Shown: positions 38,801 to 53,800 of the stretch, one piece after another
Position numbering within the stretch: position 1 is the first letter of the stretch
Layout: each line of letters starts with the position of its first letter
NCBI GenBank assembly: GCA_965235115.1
Contig: OZ249436.1
Span: 7,690,001 to 7,754,000 of the forward strand
Origin: Laetmonice hystrix
Lineage: Eukaryota
Reading direction: 5' to 3'
Length of the DNA stretch: 64,000 nucleotides
Position numbers and translations under genes: made by a program
The notes under the pieces: generated by a model
What the model was told of the DNA's origin: nothing
Database searches by the model: none
Seen by the model: only the letters and a program-made list of their open reading frames with translations

Positions 38801-41800
38801 TCAACACACTGCCAGAGAATATAGAAGGGCAACATAAAAAGGTTCTACTTCCCGTACTGCATGCCATTTCTTTGAAAAGGGCGTTTGCAGTAGCCAGCTT
38901 CAATAAACCCAAAACGTATTGGAAGTGGTAACAAAATATATTGAATGATGAGAAGATAGTTTGAAAGTGATAATCCCTAATTCTGCTGGACACCCTTGCT
39001 ATGAATGAGTCGAACATTCTGATTCCCCTCACCAAAGACCCAGCCCTTGCTAGTGGCTCCACCTAGTACCACCTCCACTCACCATCCTTCCTACAGTTCC
39101 AGCTGCTGCTACATACGGTAACAATGAGGCGTTCAATGAGTGCACATTTTCAATGGGCAGAGCTATAACCCTGTTACAGCATGTAGGCCGGACATTCCGA
39201 CAGCTAGAAGAAATTTTCTGGTTAATGAACAACAGATGTGACCACAACACTTGTGTTTCAGTCTCTACACGTAACATTAACATCACCAGGACGTAGGCGT
39301 TCGAGTACCTGTCACTCGGACGTAAGCGTTCCAGTCCCTGGTCTGGACGACAAGAATCAACTTACAACTTTGGCAATACCAGTCCTCAAAAATACTTGTT
39401 TCCCTAATTATAATTCTTCCCTCTCTCCCCCCAAAATAAATAAATTTAATCTTTCCCACCATTACTTACAGTACACATACGAGTAAGTAGGCCTAATGAT
39501 CGGGCCATTTTGAATGTAAAGTACTTACAGCACAATCTAACCCCGAAAGTTCCCTGCGGAGCTGACATATATGCGTCTATCCCCCAAATATCTTCACGAG
39601 GAGTATACTATAACTACTCTAAGTTTTTCAAAATAAATGCATTTAGAGCCACGTCGACTTTGAGTTCATCTTCTGACCATAGCAGTTACCAAGGGTCTAG
39701 AAGAAAACCCCACGGGTTATACCCCCACCCTCCTCCTTCACTCCAGTTTACAACCCAAAGATTCAGTTATCAGCTCGCACCAGTCACTGATAAACATTGA
39801 CACTAACCTGAAACTGTTTGTGAATCGTGTCAGGTGTGATACGTTTCGCCTCTGGTGGTGGACTAGGTGGTGATTCAATCTGGGGACGTTTGATGGCTGT
39901 CCTCTTCTCGCCAGCTCCACCTGCTGTAACCAATTTAACACACAATTGTAATCATAATGTAGCAGTAGTACTCAATCTGCTCCATCGGAGGATTTTTCTA
40001 TAACCTCTTCCATTTTCCTATCAAATCTTGTGAGTCACTAACAGGAATCCGTTACTTTCAGTATGATAGTGGATCGCATTACGAGTATAAGGAAGGGTTA
40101 CTGATTGCAAAATAATTAATAACAGTATTTCATGAGATCTCGCATTGACACTGGCAAAGAGTGCCAAATTAAACCCCAAGTTTTATTCTTTTTTCCTTGG
40201 CAAGTTTTGCTACCTAATCTCTAATCCATGTGAGTAATTTCTACTCCATAGGTGAAGAGTCGTCAGTTAAATCTAAAAGATTCTGTCAGGGATATCATAT
40301 ATACATTTGGATATAATACTTCTCAGAGCATCTCGCATCATCCAGAAATATAACATTCGTACGACATGTTTGTACTTAATGACACGAGAAGAATCATTCT
40401 ACATCAGTGTACTAATTTCTGTGGAATGCAGAAAATGTTCTTTGTTACTGCATACATAAATTTAAAAAAAAAATCTAATGACTCAGCCTCCTGACGAAGA
40501 CACATACTCATGTCTCATTCCTCTCCAGCGTTATCATTGTAAAAAGTTATTTTAAGTGGTTTGACATTTCAAGTAAGTTTATGTCGACTAAAGGAGATCC
40601 GAGTCGTTTTCACCCTAGACAAAGGTCTGGTTTGTCCCAATGGGCCTAGAGAATGGCGTGGGTACTAATGTGTTGTGAGTATATCGTTATCTTATTGTTG
40701 GGAACACTCCCTTCACAAGACAGTAATCATTAATGTCAGTATTGACTGATAGTCAACGTTCAATGATTAAACCACTCATCTACAGCCTTCCGGGAGCAAC
40801 CTAATAATATCTATGGCACTACTCGGGCTCACTCCAATATCTTCAATGTTGAGTAGTGACATCACTGATCAAACCACTCATCTACAGCCATCCGGGAGCA
40901 ACCTAATAATATCTATGGCACTACTCAGGCTCACTCCAATATCTTCAATGTTGAATAGTGACATCACTAATCAAACCACTCATCTACAGCCTTCCAGGAG
41001 CAACCTAATAATATCTATGGCACCATTTGGGCTCACTCTAATGTCTTCAATGTTGAGTAGTGACATCACTGATCAAACCACTCATCTACAGCCTTCCAGG
41101 AGCAACCTAATAATATCTATGGCACTACTCGGGCTCACTCCAATGTCTTCAATGTTGAGTAGTGACATCACTGATCAAACCACTCATCTACAGCCTTCCG
41201 GGAGCAACCTAATAATATCTATGGCACTACTCGGGCTCACTCCAATGTCTTCAATGTTGAGTAGTGACATCACTGATCAAACCACTCATCTACAGCCATC
41301 CGGGAGCAATCTAATAATATCTATGGCACTACTCGGGCTCACTCCAATGTCTTCAATGTTGAGCAGTGACAGAAAGTTACATATGGCAGGAAACCACTTT
41401 ACAATACTGCTATAGTTAATGATCTTCACCCTCTCATTGGGAACTCCTTCCTTCAAACTAGCATGGCTTTGGAGCAGCTCCTCAAGGGATTGCTGTCCTT
41501 TAAAAAACCAGCACCATCAGCCAGCCACAGCAGACCTAACCGTGACATCTGAAGTAGGGACAGCGGCAGGGTCATACCTCGTGACACATCCGCCAAGGTA
41601 ATATCTCCACCAAATCTGGTCAGGATGTCCTAAGAATATAATATCACTATTCTACTTCGGTACAAGGTCTGCCTCCCCCCCCCCCCTAAAAAAAAACAAA
41701 CTTATCCCTAACCATGGCCCTGTGCCTAACCCGAACCCTCATTTGATGGGAATGTTAAAATGGTGGACTAACACACATCTCAGACACGTTTCACCTCAGC

Positions 41801-44800
41801 CAGCCATAGACGGGGTCTGTGACCTTGAAACATCCCTGTGTTAGGACCAGGAGTCCTCTCCTGGGTCATTCCATGTGAAATCACCCAATTTTCAGACAAA
41901 TCCCATAGTGATAGTCTTGGATTTGCTTCAAATTTTTTTGACATGTTGCCTGTGGTGCCAAATGAAAACATGCCAAGTTTACCTCATTTTCATTTATAGT
42001 TTTTTTGTTATAGGGGGTCAAAAAAGTGGGCGTGGCTCCTTTTATCGCGACAAAAATGCTGCCGACAGATTTACTCCCATCTTTAACAAACCATAGCTCA
42101 GGAGCTATCAAGGATATCAACTTGATTTTTTCAACATAGATCCTTCATCATGTACTCTCTTGTTGGCAGGTGTCAGATTAAAATTTAATCAAGTAGGAGT
42201 CAAGCAATTATCTGCTACATTTAAGCATTTTTCTGACGAAAATGAAAAATTGTCACATTTCAGATCAGCTTTCCCCCATACCTCATAGGATGAATTGAGT
42301 TTAGTTGTTTCTAAATGATACTACAACTAAAGGGCTTCCTACAGTAACAAATGCAGTTACTTAAGATCAGTAGTTTTTTGGCAAGAATAGCAGGTACCGG
42401 GTCTCAGCAGGAAAAAAACCCTATTTGGGCCCCTTTTTTGAAGATGTGGGTATCCTTCGATTTTGATAATAATTATATCATCAGAAAGCCCTTGATGTGT
42501 ACCATCAACCTACCTATTTTCATTGTTAAACTAGGACCCTTTCATCTTGAAAAAAAATATTGATTTTTAAAAATAATGACACATTTCGGACGTCATCATG
42601 CCCACCATGATCTTTCAAAGATAATACTGAAAACACATTACTATATGCCTATTTTCAGTGTGCAACTAGTACTCTTTCATTTTGAAAAAAAAAATTACTG
42701 TATTTAAAAATTTTGACATTTCGTAGGTCAGGTCTGATAGTGATACCCTGTAAAGAAAATTCCAATGCACTGCTAGATCAGCACTATTGTAGTTCATTCA
42801 TATTTCACTAGGTGGCAGGCCAATCAACAGAAACTGGCAAAAAAGTGGGAGCACATTCTAATTACAGGGTTGCCAGACAGATTCCAGATTGAAAATAGGC
42901 ATGGTGACAGTACACATCAAGGGAGCACCTTCTGATGATATAATTATTATCAAAATAATTTGCATAGGAATGTGTTTTCAGTATTATCTTTTGAAGATCA
43001 TGGTGGGCATGATGACGTTCGAAATGTGTCAATATTTTTAAAAATCAATATTTTTTTTCAAGATGAAAGGGTGCTAGTTTAACAATGAAAATAGGTAGGT
43101 TGATGGTACACATCAAGGGCTTTCTGATGATATAATTATTATCAAAATCGAAGGATACCCACATCTTCAAAAAAGGGGCCCAAATAGGGGTTTTTTCCTG
43201 CTGAGACCTGGTACCTGCTATTCTTGCCAAAAAACTACTGATCTTAAGTAACTGCATTTGTTACTGTAGGAAGCCCTTTAGTTGTACTATCATTTAAAAA
43301 CAACTAAACTCAATTCATCCTATGAGGTATGGGTGAAAAGCTGATCTGAAATGTGACGATTTTTCATTTTCGTCAGAAAAATGCTTAAATGTAGCAGATA
43401 ATTGCTTGACTCCTACTTGATTAAATTTTAATCTGACACCTGCCAACAAGAGAGTACATGATGAAGGATCTATGTTGAAAAAATCAAGTTGATATCTTTG
43501 ATAGTTCCTAAGCTATGGTTTGTTAAAGATGGGAGTAAATCTGTTGGCAGCATTTTTGTCGCGATAAAAGGAGCCACGCCCACTTTTTTGACCCCCTATT
43601 AAAAAAAAAACTATGAATGATAATGAGGTAAAACTTGGCATATTTTCATTTGGCACCGCAGGCAACATGTCAAAAAAATTTGAAGCAAATCTGAGACTAT
43701 CACTATGGGAGCCCTGGGTGATTTCACATGGAATGACCCTCCTGTCATCATCACGAACTGCAGACTTAAGCCGCTTTCACATGCATACGGTGTGCGGCGT
43801 GCGGCATGCGGCGTGCGTTTTTGTTAATAATGTAGCCAATGTAAATCGCCGCACGCCGCAAACCGGAGACATGTGAACGGTTATATCTATTTTCAGTTGT
43901 TCCATTTTTGCAAAAACGCACGCCGCACACCGCACACCGCACACCGTATGCATGTGAAAGCGGCTTAAGAGCTGTAGTATCGTGCGGGCCCCCTACATTT
44001 ACTAAGATTGGCGTCTTGCCTGATCTAGGATTTGCCTCCACTTCAATGCAGCTATGTGACAAGCTGGCGAGGTTAGGTTCCTGGTTGTCAATTTCAGAGA
44101 GACTCCGAAAACACTTATATTATATTAATGGTCTGGTACTGAGGTATTAGAATTTAGGCATTAATATTGTCACTAAGGCTCACACACACCAGGGTATCGA
44201 TTGTGATGCCAATGGTAACGCCTTAGTAAATTCCTGTACAAAGACCTCTTTTTTCACTTCATGAGTCACATCAAAGTATGGGCTGCTTTATGAACTCATC
44301 ATTTTAGCTATACATAAAATGGGCATTTCCATGAGTGAAAATAACAATCATCTAATTGGAATGACTATGGCCCTTAGCGCTCATTGACCTTTCCATGGGT
44401 GACTACTAGCAACACTATAGTGTTTCCAGTTGCCCGTGGCAACATGACGACCTGTGTGAGAGTACGATCCTGCCGGATACAAATGGCCCCCTGTCACGGA
44501 CCCCTACATAACACCGACTTGACATATTGAACTACTTACCTGGGGTCATGGAGCGGAACTTGTTATAGTACTGAGACACATACGTCACAATGCAGAGCTT
44601 GTCCGGCACTGCCATGGCAACCATGTCCTCAGCCTCCAGCAGGTCGGGAATGTCCAGCTCCTCTTTGGCGACCTCGAATGCCTGCGAGCAGAATCACCAC
44701 ATCTGATGATGAAAAAAATAGAACCAAGGCAACAACACCTTGGGCTACTGAGTGTAAGATTAAATATATATCGTACTGTCTCCGGCCTACGACAGATATA

Positions 44801-47800
44801 TGGCCTGAAGGTCATATTAAACACTCGGCTTCCTTCTGAGGCTGCACGGGGTGGGTGGGTGAGGGGTGGGTGGGGCTGGGGTGGGTCATTGTCAATAGGG
44901 TCGATAATCGGGGGAAGAGGTACCTACGGCAGGGTTTCTTGCAGGCCCTTTTGTGGGGGAGACTCCCCTACTATTCAGCTACTCCCCCAAAAAAATTTCT
45001 CGGGAGAAATATTTTGCATTACTCTCTCCCCCGCCCCCAACTCGCACCCCCCCCCCCCAAGTCGAAAATCTCCAGGAAACCCTGCATGGTCTACTTCCAT
45101 CAGAAACTTCAGAATGGAGAAAATGAAATACATTTTGAGGGGCAGTTCATATACTATGATGTGTTGGTGGTGGGTGAGGTGCGCATAGGTACACAGTGGA
45201 AGACGAGCCAGCTTTTTTACATGATGAGATGCATGGGCAGAGCCAGGAATTTTGGAGGTGGGGGGGGGTTACCTGCTACAAGGGGGGGGGGGGGGAGGAA
45301 CCTACTCCTGCCTCTGGAAACGTTTGAATCTATCAGTAATCGTCCAATTTTAAGTTAGTCTGCAGAAAGAACGTGGGGAGGTTAGAGGGGGGGGGGGCGC
45401 CTACGAGAAGGCAAACAAGTAGGTTAGCTGTACATTATTGAGTCCTCAAACAACTAAGTCAGTTTTATGAGGTGGGAAGTCAAACAAACAGGTTCGCTGT
45501 ATGACGGAAGGGAAAGTAAACAAGTAGGTCATTTATGTGGTGTGACCGACCAGCGATTATTTATGTGGTGTGACCGACCAGCCATTATAGAGTTGTACCG
45601 ATGCTGGGGAGATATCGTTGTAATCAGGCAGGATGATATATGGTCTGTTGCCTGCAGATTTATTACTGGATTGGTAGAGAATGATACGGATGTCGATTGC
45701 CACTATATTATTGTATGACCCATTATGATACTGTGGAGGATTATGGCTACTGCCATTCAATTACCACACTGACCAAGGGTACGCCAACCTATAACAATAC
45801 GGGTATGTGATATCATACACTGATCACCTGACCCTGCAGATAACCGGAATCATATGTTTTCTTACATCACGGTAATTCTGACTGACATTCCGCAGCTAAA
45901 TGTCATTCCAGCTTGCCAGGTTCAATAATCGTTGATGATCTTCTAAATGATCTCAAATGGCGGAACAGTTTTAAAACTTTCATCATCAGATAGTAATAAT
46001 GTAATAAAACAAACGGTCGTCTTAAACAGAACCATTTCATTTGAATCGCCTGGGACAGCAACTCCATAGATTTTAATGTCTTTTTACTCAACAAACCCCC
46101 CTTAATGTTTTATCTGCAGCTGCAAAGTTTCTCTTGCCCGACACAGAACACTAAATAATGCTACAGTAGGCCTTAATTCACTTACCAGTTTATTATTTTC
46201 GTAGACATTCTCTTTGGACAGGGAATCATAATCTCTGGAAAAAAAAATTATGTCTCATTAATACGATAACATAAAACAAATACGACCAGTGTCAGTGTTA
46301 GTGGTCTAATAAATTATACGCCTGCCTGATAATGCCCCTTCTGGGGTCACATGTTATAAACTGTGGTGCTACAGTAAGTTCTAAGTCGTATGACGCACAC
46401 ATTCTCAATCACAGGCAATTATTTAACAGCCTTATCAACCACCGTATCAAGGAAAATAATCATGATACTAAAAGCGGGGAAAAACAGCAAACAAGAAGAC
46501 AATAAAGAAATATCAATTCATAGTAATAAATCAGGATGAAAGAACTGGAAGTACCCCCGGTAATACTTGGGGGTACTTGCAATGAGTGAGTTGTGTAAGG
46601 ACCGTACATGAGGTTACATGTATTCTCATGTGCCAAGTACTTGCAGTGAGTGAGTTGTGTAAGGACCGTACATGTGGTTACATGTATTCTCATATGCCAA
46701 GTACTTGCAGTGAGTGAGTTGTGTAAGGACCGTACATGTGGTTATATGTATTCTCGTGTGCCAGTACTTGCAGTGAGTGAGTTGTGTAAGGACCGTACAT
46801 GTGGTTACATGTATTCTCGTGTGCCAGTACTTGCAGTGAGTGAGTTGTATAAGGACCGTACATGTGGTTACATGTATTCTCATGTGTAAGTATAACCTGA
46901 TTGGTTGATTGTCAGGTAATTGAACGTCTATTATGGGCGGTCCTGCTTAATGGCCCTGTGAACGACTGGTATTTCCATGTTAATGACAGCTCACAATCCA
47001 ATGACGGTCATTCGATCACAGTTGGGGCACGTTATGTAATGTGGCCCCATGGCAAGCTTTAACATCAACACGGAAACAAATAAAAATACCCGGACAATCA
47101 CACTGAACAATTCCTGCCCTAGGAAATGGAATTTTTCTTTTTCTTATGCAATTATATACTGGCCACAAAACATGTACGGGTAATCATCTCTTTTTTTCGT
47201 TTTCTTTAGGATTTAGTTTATCAAACCAGGATTAACAGAAGTGTTACTCCAAAAAGGTTTGTTTGTCGCGGCTGGTTAACAAAATGACCAGTTCTCATCC
47301 ATAATGCATGATGTACAAGAAAGAGTTAACCAATGCACTCCCTAGAATCCTGGTAGCAGTCTAATCAAGGAAAGATCTGATTATCCCATATCAGATCACC
47401 ACGACAAACAAAACATTGAGCCACAATTTCTACCATGCCAATCCTGCCTTTCACAATGCGGGACGACAGGAGACCTGAAGGATATACAACTACCGACCCT
47501 TTCTATGGATTAATCAGACCTTTCATAAAGTTGCAATGACTTGGCGTGTACTTTGACCCGTCTCTGCGAGGAAGTTGATGATAGCGCAGCTCCTGCCTCC
47601 GTTCTTCCAATATGTTCACCTTTCCGGCAGTACACATGACGTATACACGACCACCCCACCTTGACAGTTATTACATGTTCCCTTTACATTTATTGGCAGG
47701 CAGAAATAAAAATGGCAAGAGTCTCGCAGAGTGTGAGCAGTACAGAGTAAAGAACCTGGAGCTAATTCCAAGATGTTTTTATCGAGACTGCAGTCAGAAG

Positions 47801-50800
47801 TCTATATCGCACGGTGACCAATTCTCACGATGCGGGCAGAGGTCACCCAGCTTTGACCTCTCTGGCATACAAGTATCCCCTTTGGCTCGCCAATGCGCCG
47901 CTTTCCACAGATTCAAGGGACACACAGAAATCCATGAACCCAAGAACATGATAGTTAGACACACGGATCACGCTGACGCCTGGGCTTCAAAATAAAATAA
48001 AATTTTCAATCTAGGATTTGGACAGGGCCAGAAGTGATTTTTCTGAACAGATACCATTGAGAAATCAAAAGATGAATCATGATATGCTACATGTTTTCGG
48101 ATGAACCACGTCAGGGCTTAGTTTGAAAAAAAAATTACGATCTTGCTTAAGCTTATGCTTAAAGCTTCCGACTGGCTGCTTGCAGGAAACCCGGCTATCA
48201 GAAGATTTAAGCTTAAGTTTACGCATGACCTTAAAGTTTCAAAAACTGGGCCCTGGTGTACTGTGAAACCTTGGCGTCATCCGCCTGGATCCATACACCA
48301 TGAAACACAACCTCCGCTCGAGGCCACGGTCAGGCAGACCACCAGCCGAGGCTGGAGGCACAGACACCTCATCACTGGGTGACTGAGCCCTGACCCTGCA
48401 CTGACCGGAGGATTGGTCACGCACTGGGTACGTACGTAGGCGGTAACTGTAAGCCCACCGTACGAGGGTAGCGGCCAGACCTCATGAATAAACCTCCGTG
48501 GGCACATTTACATTAGTTCTCTACACGTAGACTCATGTCAAAAGTCTCATGTACCATAACACCTTCTTAAAGGGGCACCAGGAAGAATCGCACTTTCCAA
48601 CGGCTTTTTAAAACATAAAAAATTAGGGTGAAACCCGTTGTCTTGGCCGAGAAATGGCATAACTTCCAACGGGGTCACTTGGGGTCACGCCAGTCACTCG
48701 AAAAAGTGTACCCCTTTAAAGCAGAGTACGGTGGGAGTGTTGTTCCCAACTTCAGTTCCACTCCAAAATAACTTCCTGCCGTTCTATAATTTCCTGATAA
48801 ATTGGTTACTTTCTAGTACCCCGCTTCCTATTGTAACACAATCCGTTGACACGACATTCTCGGAGTCTGATTTAAGGATCCAACTGACGTGCGGCAGGAA
48901 CATCCGACAAGAAAATCCTTTCACTGTTTCAGGAACTATACCAGTCAAAAACAGCAACCAGAATAAATCACTAGAAAAGAAAGTCGATACTTGTACCTAA
49001 TCTTGGCCTGCAATATAAGGGACTGAAATCGATGTGGCCACGTAGAATTCTAAAGACCTCTAGGGGAAAAGTGGTTTGTGACCAACTCAAAGCACTCTAT
49101 GGGGATGAGAATGGGCGGTGGTGGGACCATGAAAGGGTTGAGGTGGCTACAGACTTACACCCCCTCCGGCAGATGGCGCTGCCCTCGGCGGTAGACATAC
49201 CGATACAGTGACCGAGACTCGGTCCAGTGATTGGTAGTCCGCCTATGGTCTCAGCCAGCGTGACTCACCCTACCATCGATACACCCCATCGTCGGAAGTT
49301 CATCTTGATAGAATTTTAATTTCCTGAATTAATAAAGATACAGATATCTAAAAATGACTTTGCTGCACTAAAAATGGCATAACTTTTGATTCGCTTGACT
49401 GATTTTGATAAAATAAAGACTGTTTTTCATGTAAGAAGATTCCCCATCAGGATCCCCGGAAACATAGATTCTTAGGTTGTGTTCATTTAAAGTCCCTTTA
49501 AGGGTATCGATTCTTAGGTTGCCTGGTTATTTTGAGAATATTTTCATCAAAATACAGACGGAATGAATGGGTTGATGTTATCCTTTACACTGATTACAAT
49601 TCACAGCATCACCACGTGAAACAGAGCAAATAATCCCTCAATAATACTGATCAGTTTTTGTGACACGCTAATCAAAATGGTGCCCCCCTACCGCATAAAC
49701 CGCTTTACCATGTTTACTACCGCCAGTAAAATTTCCCATGTCACTGATATTGAACAGCGGGAGCCTCAGGCCTGAATTATGTCAGTAATTGAAGGTGCAT
49801 TAGCGATGTTGTGAAGGTCACGTTCAAACAGCACTTGCGCCTTCATACATTTGAGGTCTCCCATCAGCATGTTATAAATTGATTATCACAAGGTTCAACG
49901 GTAAAAGGTTTGATGATTTTTTAAATCTGTCACACCGGGCCTCTGTAGTTCCTCATCCTGAAATAACACAATCACTTTCTCCTAATAGAGTTCGTGATCC
50001 AAATCAGCAGTTCGACTTGGTCAAGAATACACGATGTGCCATACGATGATACAGGGAGCTTGGGGCCCACACATGAAGCAAGGGTAACTGGTCAAGAATA
50101 CACGACGTGCCATACGATGATACAGGGAGCTTGGCGCCCACACATGAAGCAAAGGTAACTGGTCAAGAATACACGACGTGCCATACGATGATACAGGGAG
50201 CTTGGCGCCCACACATGAAGCAAGGGTAACTGGTCAAGAATACACGACGTGCCATACGATGATACAGGGAGCTTGGCGCCCACACATGAAGCAAGGGTAA
50301 CTGGTCAAGAATACACGACGTGCCGCCATACGATGATACAGGGAGCTTGGGGCCCACACATGAAGCAAGGGTAACTGGTCAAGAATACACGACTGCGTGC
50401 CATACGATGATACAGGGAGCTTGGGGCCCACACATGAAGCAAGGGTAACTGGTCAAGAATACACGACGTGCCATACGATGATACAGGGAGCTTGGGGCCC
50501 ACACATGAAGCAAGGGTAACTGGTCAAGAATACACGACGTGCCATACGATGATACAGGGAGCTTGGCGCCCACACATGAAGCAAGGGTAACTGGTCAAGA
50601 ATACACGACGTGCCATACGATGATACAGGGAGCTTGGGGCCCACACATGAAGCAAGGGTAACTGGTCAAGAATACACGACGTGCCGCCATACGATGATAC
50701 AGGGAGCTTGGGGCCCACACATGAAGCAAGGGTAACTGGTCAAGAATACACGACGTGCCGCCATACGATGATGCAGGGAGCTTGGGGCCCACACATGAAG

Positions 50801-53800
50801 CAAGGTACTGGACGAGTGGTCCGCCCAGGGCGCAGACATACCCCCCCCCCCCCTCCGCCCTCGTCATTGACGTCAGCGGTCAACTTATCGGAGTGGTCAT
50901 CTTACAGATTTTGGCCATCTCACAGCCACTTGAAGCCGAGTACACCTATACCGATACGACTCAACCAGACAACTAGGTTTTATGCCTTAAAAACTGCCCT
51001 CGACTTCATTCAACTGGACTTTTGAGGCAAAAGAAACTGTTGATTTGATTTGAGTCGAGTCGGATCGGTACGTATATAACTCCTTCCCCGTCCTTCTTCG
51101 TCCTGAGGCCTTGACACACTGGCCATCTTACAATTAGGTCAAGTGCTGCAAGTTTCTGACAATTTCACAGGCTTCGCTCTCATTTCGCAAGTCACGCAAT
51201 GCTGCACTTCCCAAAATGCGTGCTTTCATTATCTGCCTGCAGCATTATGGCCTACATTTCACCAACAATTAATTAATAAATTGTTGAAAGAGAAAATAAT
51301 AAAATTCTCCATTTTCGCATTTTCTGAGCATAATTCTTCATGCTTCATTTCGTCCTCTGGCATCAGTCTTAATTAACTGGCATTATCGAAGAAGCTGGCA
51401 ACATGGCCTTAATGTTATCCGAATAAATTACCGGGTAGATTTTTCCCTTATCCTGGCTATTGGCAGTGGGATACGTCTTCGTTTGGTTGCTGGCATATCA
51501 CCAAAAATCCTAAAGGATCCGTATGAAATCTGTGTCATGAATACCATTACCAGGTTAACTCTTGACGAATAATAATCCTATTGCTGAACTCTACAAGAAT
51601 CATATACCAACAAAACAAGTTTTTTTTTTAAATTTAAAAGTGAAGTTAAATCGGTCGACAGCCAGCGCCAGACAGGTCTTTAACATTTTCAGACTGGAGA
51701 TAAATAACCCGGTTATTTCCTTCCATATATTGTTGGCATCAGTCATATCTGACAGGCGAGCGCTTCCTGAACTGCAGACTGTGGAGCTGCCTCCATTAAA
51801 GTAAATCCGCCTGATTCCGATGATAGTCCATCCCTGGGATCACCCCCTTCCTCCTGGCCTGCTGTTTTTGTGTGCGTGTCTGGTGTTGCCTCGTCTGGAG
51901 CTAGGACGTTGATTACATCACATGGTATGTTGATCTCGAGGAGATATCAAAATGCTACCTTTCTTTTTTTGGCTCTCAGTCTCAATGTCATGCGGCTAGA
52001 CAGGGACGGCTGCACGATGCGGCATACCAACACAAACAGCCATGCTCATTAGTAACAGTATTTCAGTTGGCTAGACAATAAACGCATGACAGCACAATGC
52101 AACATCATTGTATTCATTCCATATTGTCACTCCGGTCACAGGCGAACAGGTTCTTTTACTGCTACTGCCATCATCGCTACCGCTCTCACATAACGTCAGG
52201 TTTGTTACGATTATAAGTCATAACCTGGCCGCCCCCATCGACCTATTTTACTTCACTATTCATTTCTATTTTAATTTAAGAATTGAAGAAAGACGCACAA
52301 CGACATGCAGTGCCAGTTGATGTTTCCCTTCCCTATAGCCTGGAGTCACCCCAACCTGCCCGTTCTGGTGCCCAGAGCTGGTTTTATTCCAGTGTTGGTT
52401 ATCCCCAGATCTCAAACACGTACAGACACACCACGTGATCCTACCCTATATTATTACTAAAAATGTATCTCTATTTCTAGATCCAACCCAACTTTAACCT
52501 CTAACAGCAGACCCTTTGAACAAAAAGTTCGCTATCACTGTCCCGACAAATATCTCCTACCCTGACTCCAAATTTCGTGGTTAAGTTACCATGGGGTTAT
52601 ACCCCCACAGTGCCCTTATTGAGATCAGTGACCTAGCAACATGTCATGTGTGACACGCTGGAGGTCGTGTGTCAAACACGGAGATATATACAGCCACCTC
52701 GGAGCCCGACAGTGCCTTCCCGCCCCCCGTCCCACCGGCCGCCCGCCTCCCGTCGCACCGGCCGGCCGGCCGCCAGCCTCCCGTCCCACCGGCCGCCCGC
52801 CCGCCCCCGTCCCACCGGCCGCCCGCCCGCCTCCCGTCCCACCGGCCGGCCGGCCGCCCGCCAGCCTCCCGTCCCACCGGCCGCCCGCCTTCCGTCCCAC
52901 CGGCCGGCCGCCCGCCCGCCAGCCTCCCGTCCCACCGGCCGCCCGCCCGCCTGGCGTAGTATGCGTGCCTCCCCGGGTCGGGGGGAAATAGGGCACTCAC
53001 GGACAGACACACATCACCTCACGTCATAAATAATTCTACGCAAGATCCAAGATCTAAACTGGGGTCTTAACGCTAACACCACACCGAAACAGGGGGGAAA
53101 CACCCGTGATTCCGCATCTTTCAACACTGCATAAGAACCCTTAGAAGAACTAATATTTGAAAAGGCCAAGCTTTTTTTATGGCATGCCATCGGCATGGCA
53201 ATGGGCACCAGCGAAAGTAAAGTTAGATATATTGATCAACAAAGGATGCAGTGTAGCGTGGTGAAATAGGAGAATCTGGTGTGTTTATAGGATATGAACA
53301 CGTCACCTGCTGTCTGTTTGATGTGCAAGTATTGCTGAGTGGTGATAGATGTCCCACGTCTAAGGATGTACCAGATCCTCTAACTTAGCCTGCATGTCCT
53401 GACTGCATGGATCACAGGAGTTCCAGGTAAGGATGCTACATTTGAAAGGGAGGAGGCAGGGGAAGCTGGAGAACCGTGTGTTCATCAATGGGCAAGGTTA
53501 TTCGATCAGAACGACTAAGAATAAATGGTACTATGGGGCCTGAAGCCCCCCCCCCCCCCCGCCGCAACCCAGCAACCCCCCCCCCCCTCCCCCGCCGCCA
53601 CCCCCACACCCCTTCCCCCGATTTCCCGCTCGCCATAATTCTACAGTGATCTGGAAAAACCTATATATAGTACGTTAAGTTTTTGTCCAATTTGAGTTAG
53701 TCCCATTTTTGGACTTACTAGGTTTTGCCCTTTCATATAGTCCTATACAAGTGATCAGAACTCTAGGCAATTCATAGTTCTTGACCTGGAAAAAAACTAG

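Noticed and set aside
41400..41632. Exon-like GC-richer patch in MICAL-like intron 3
   Set aside because: All minus-strand frames close quickly and no family motif is recognisable.
44605..44622. X-box-like GTTGCCATGGCA
   Set aside because: It falls in CH-domain codons (MVAMA) and is explained by the protein sequence.
48566..49501. Possible TTAA-flanked Kolobok-like element
   Set aside because: The terminal match is only about 5 of 6 bases beyond TTAA; too weak to call.
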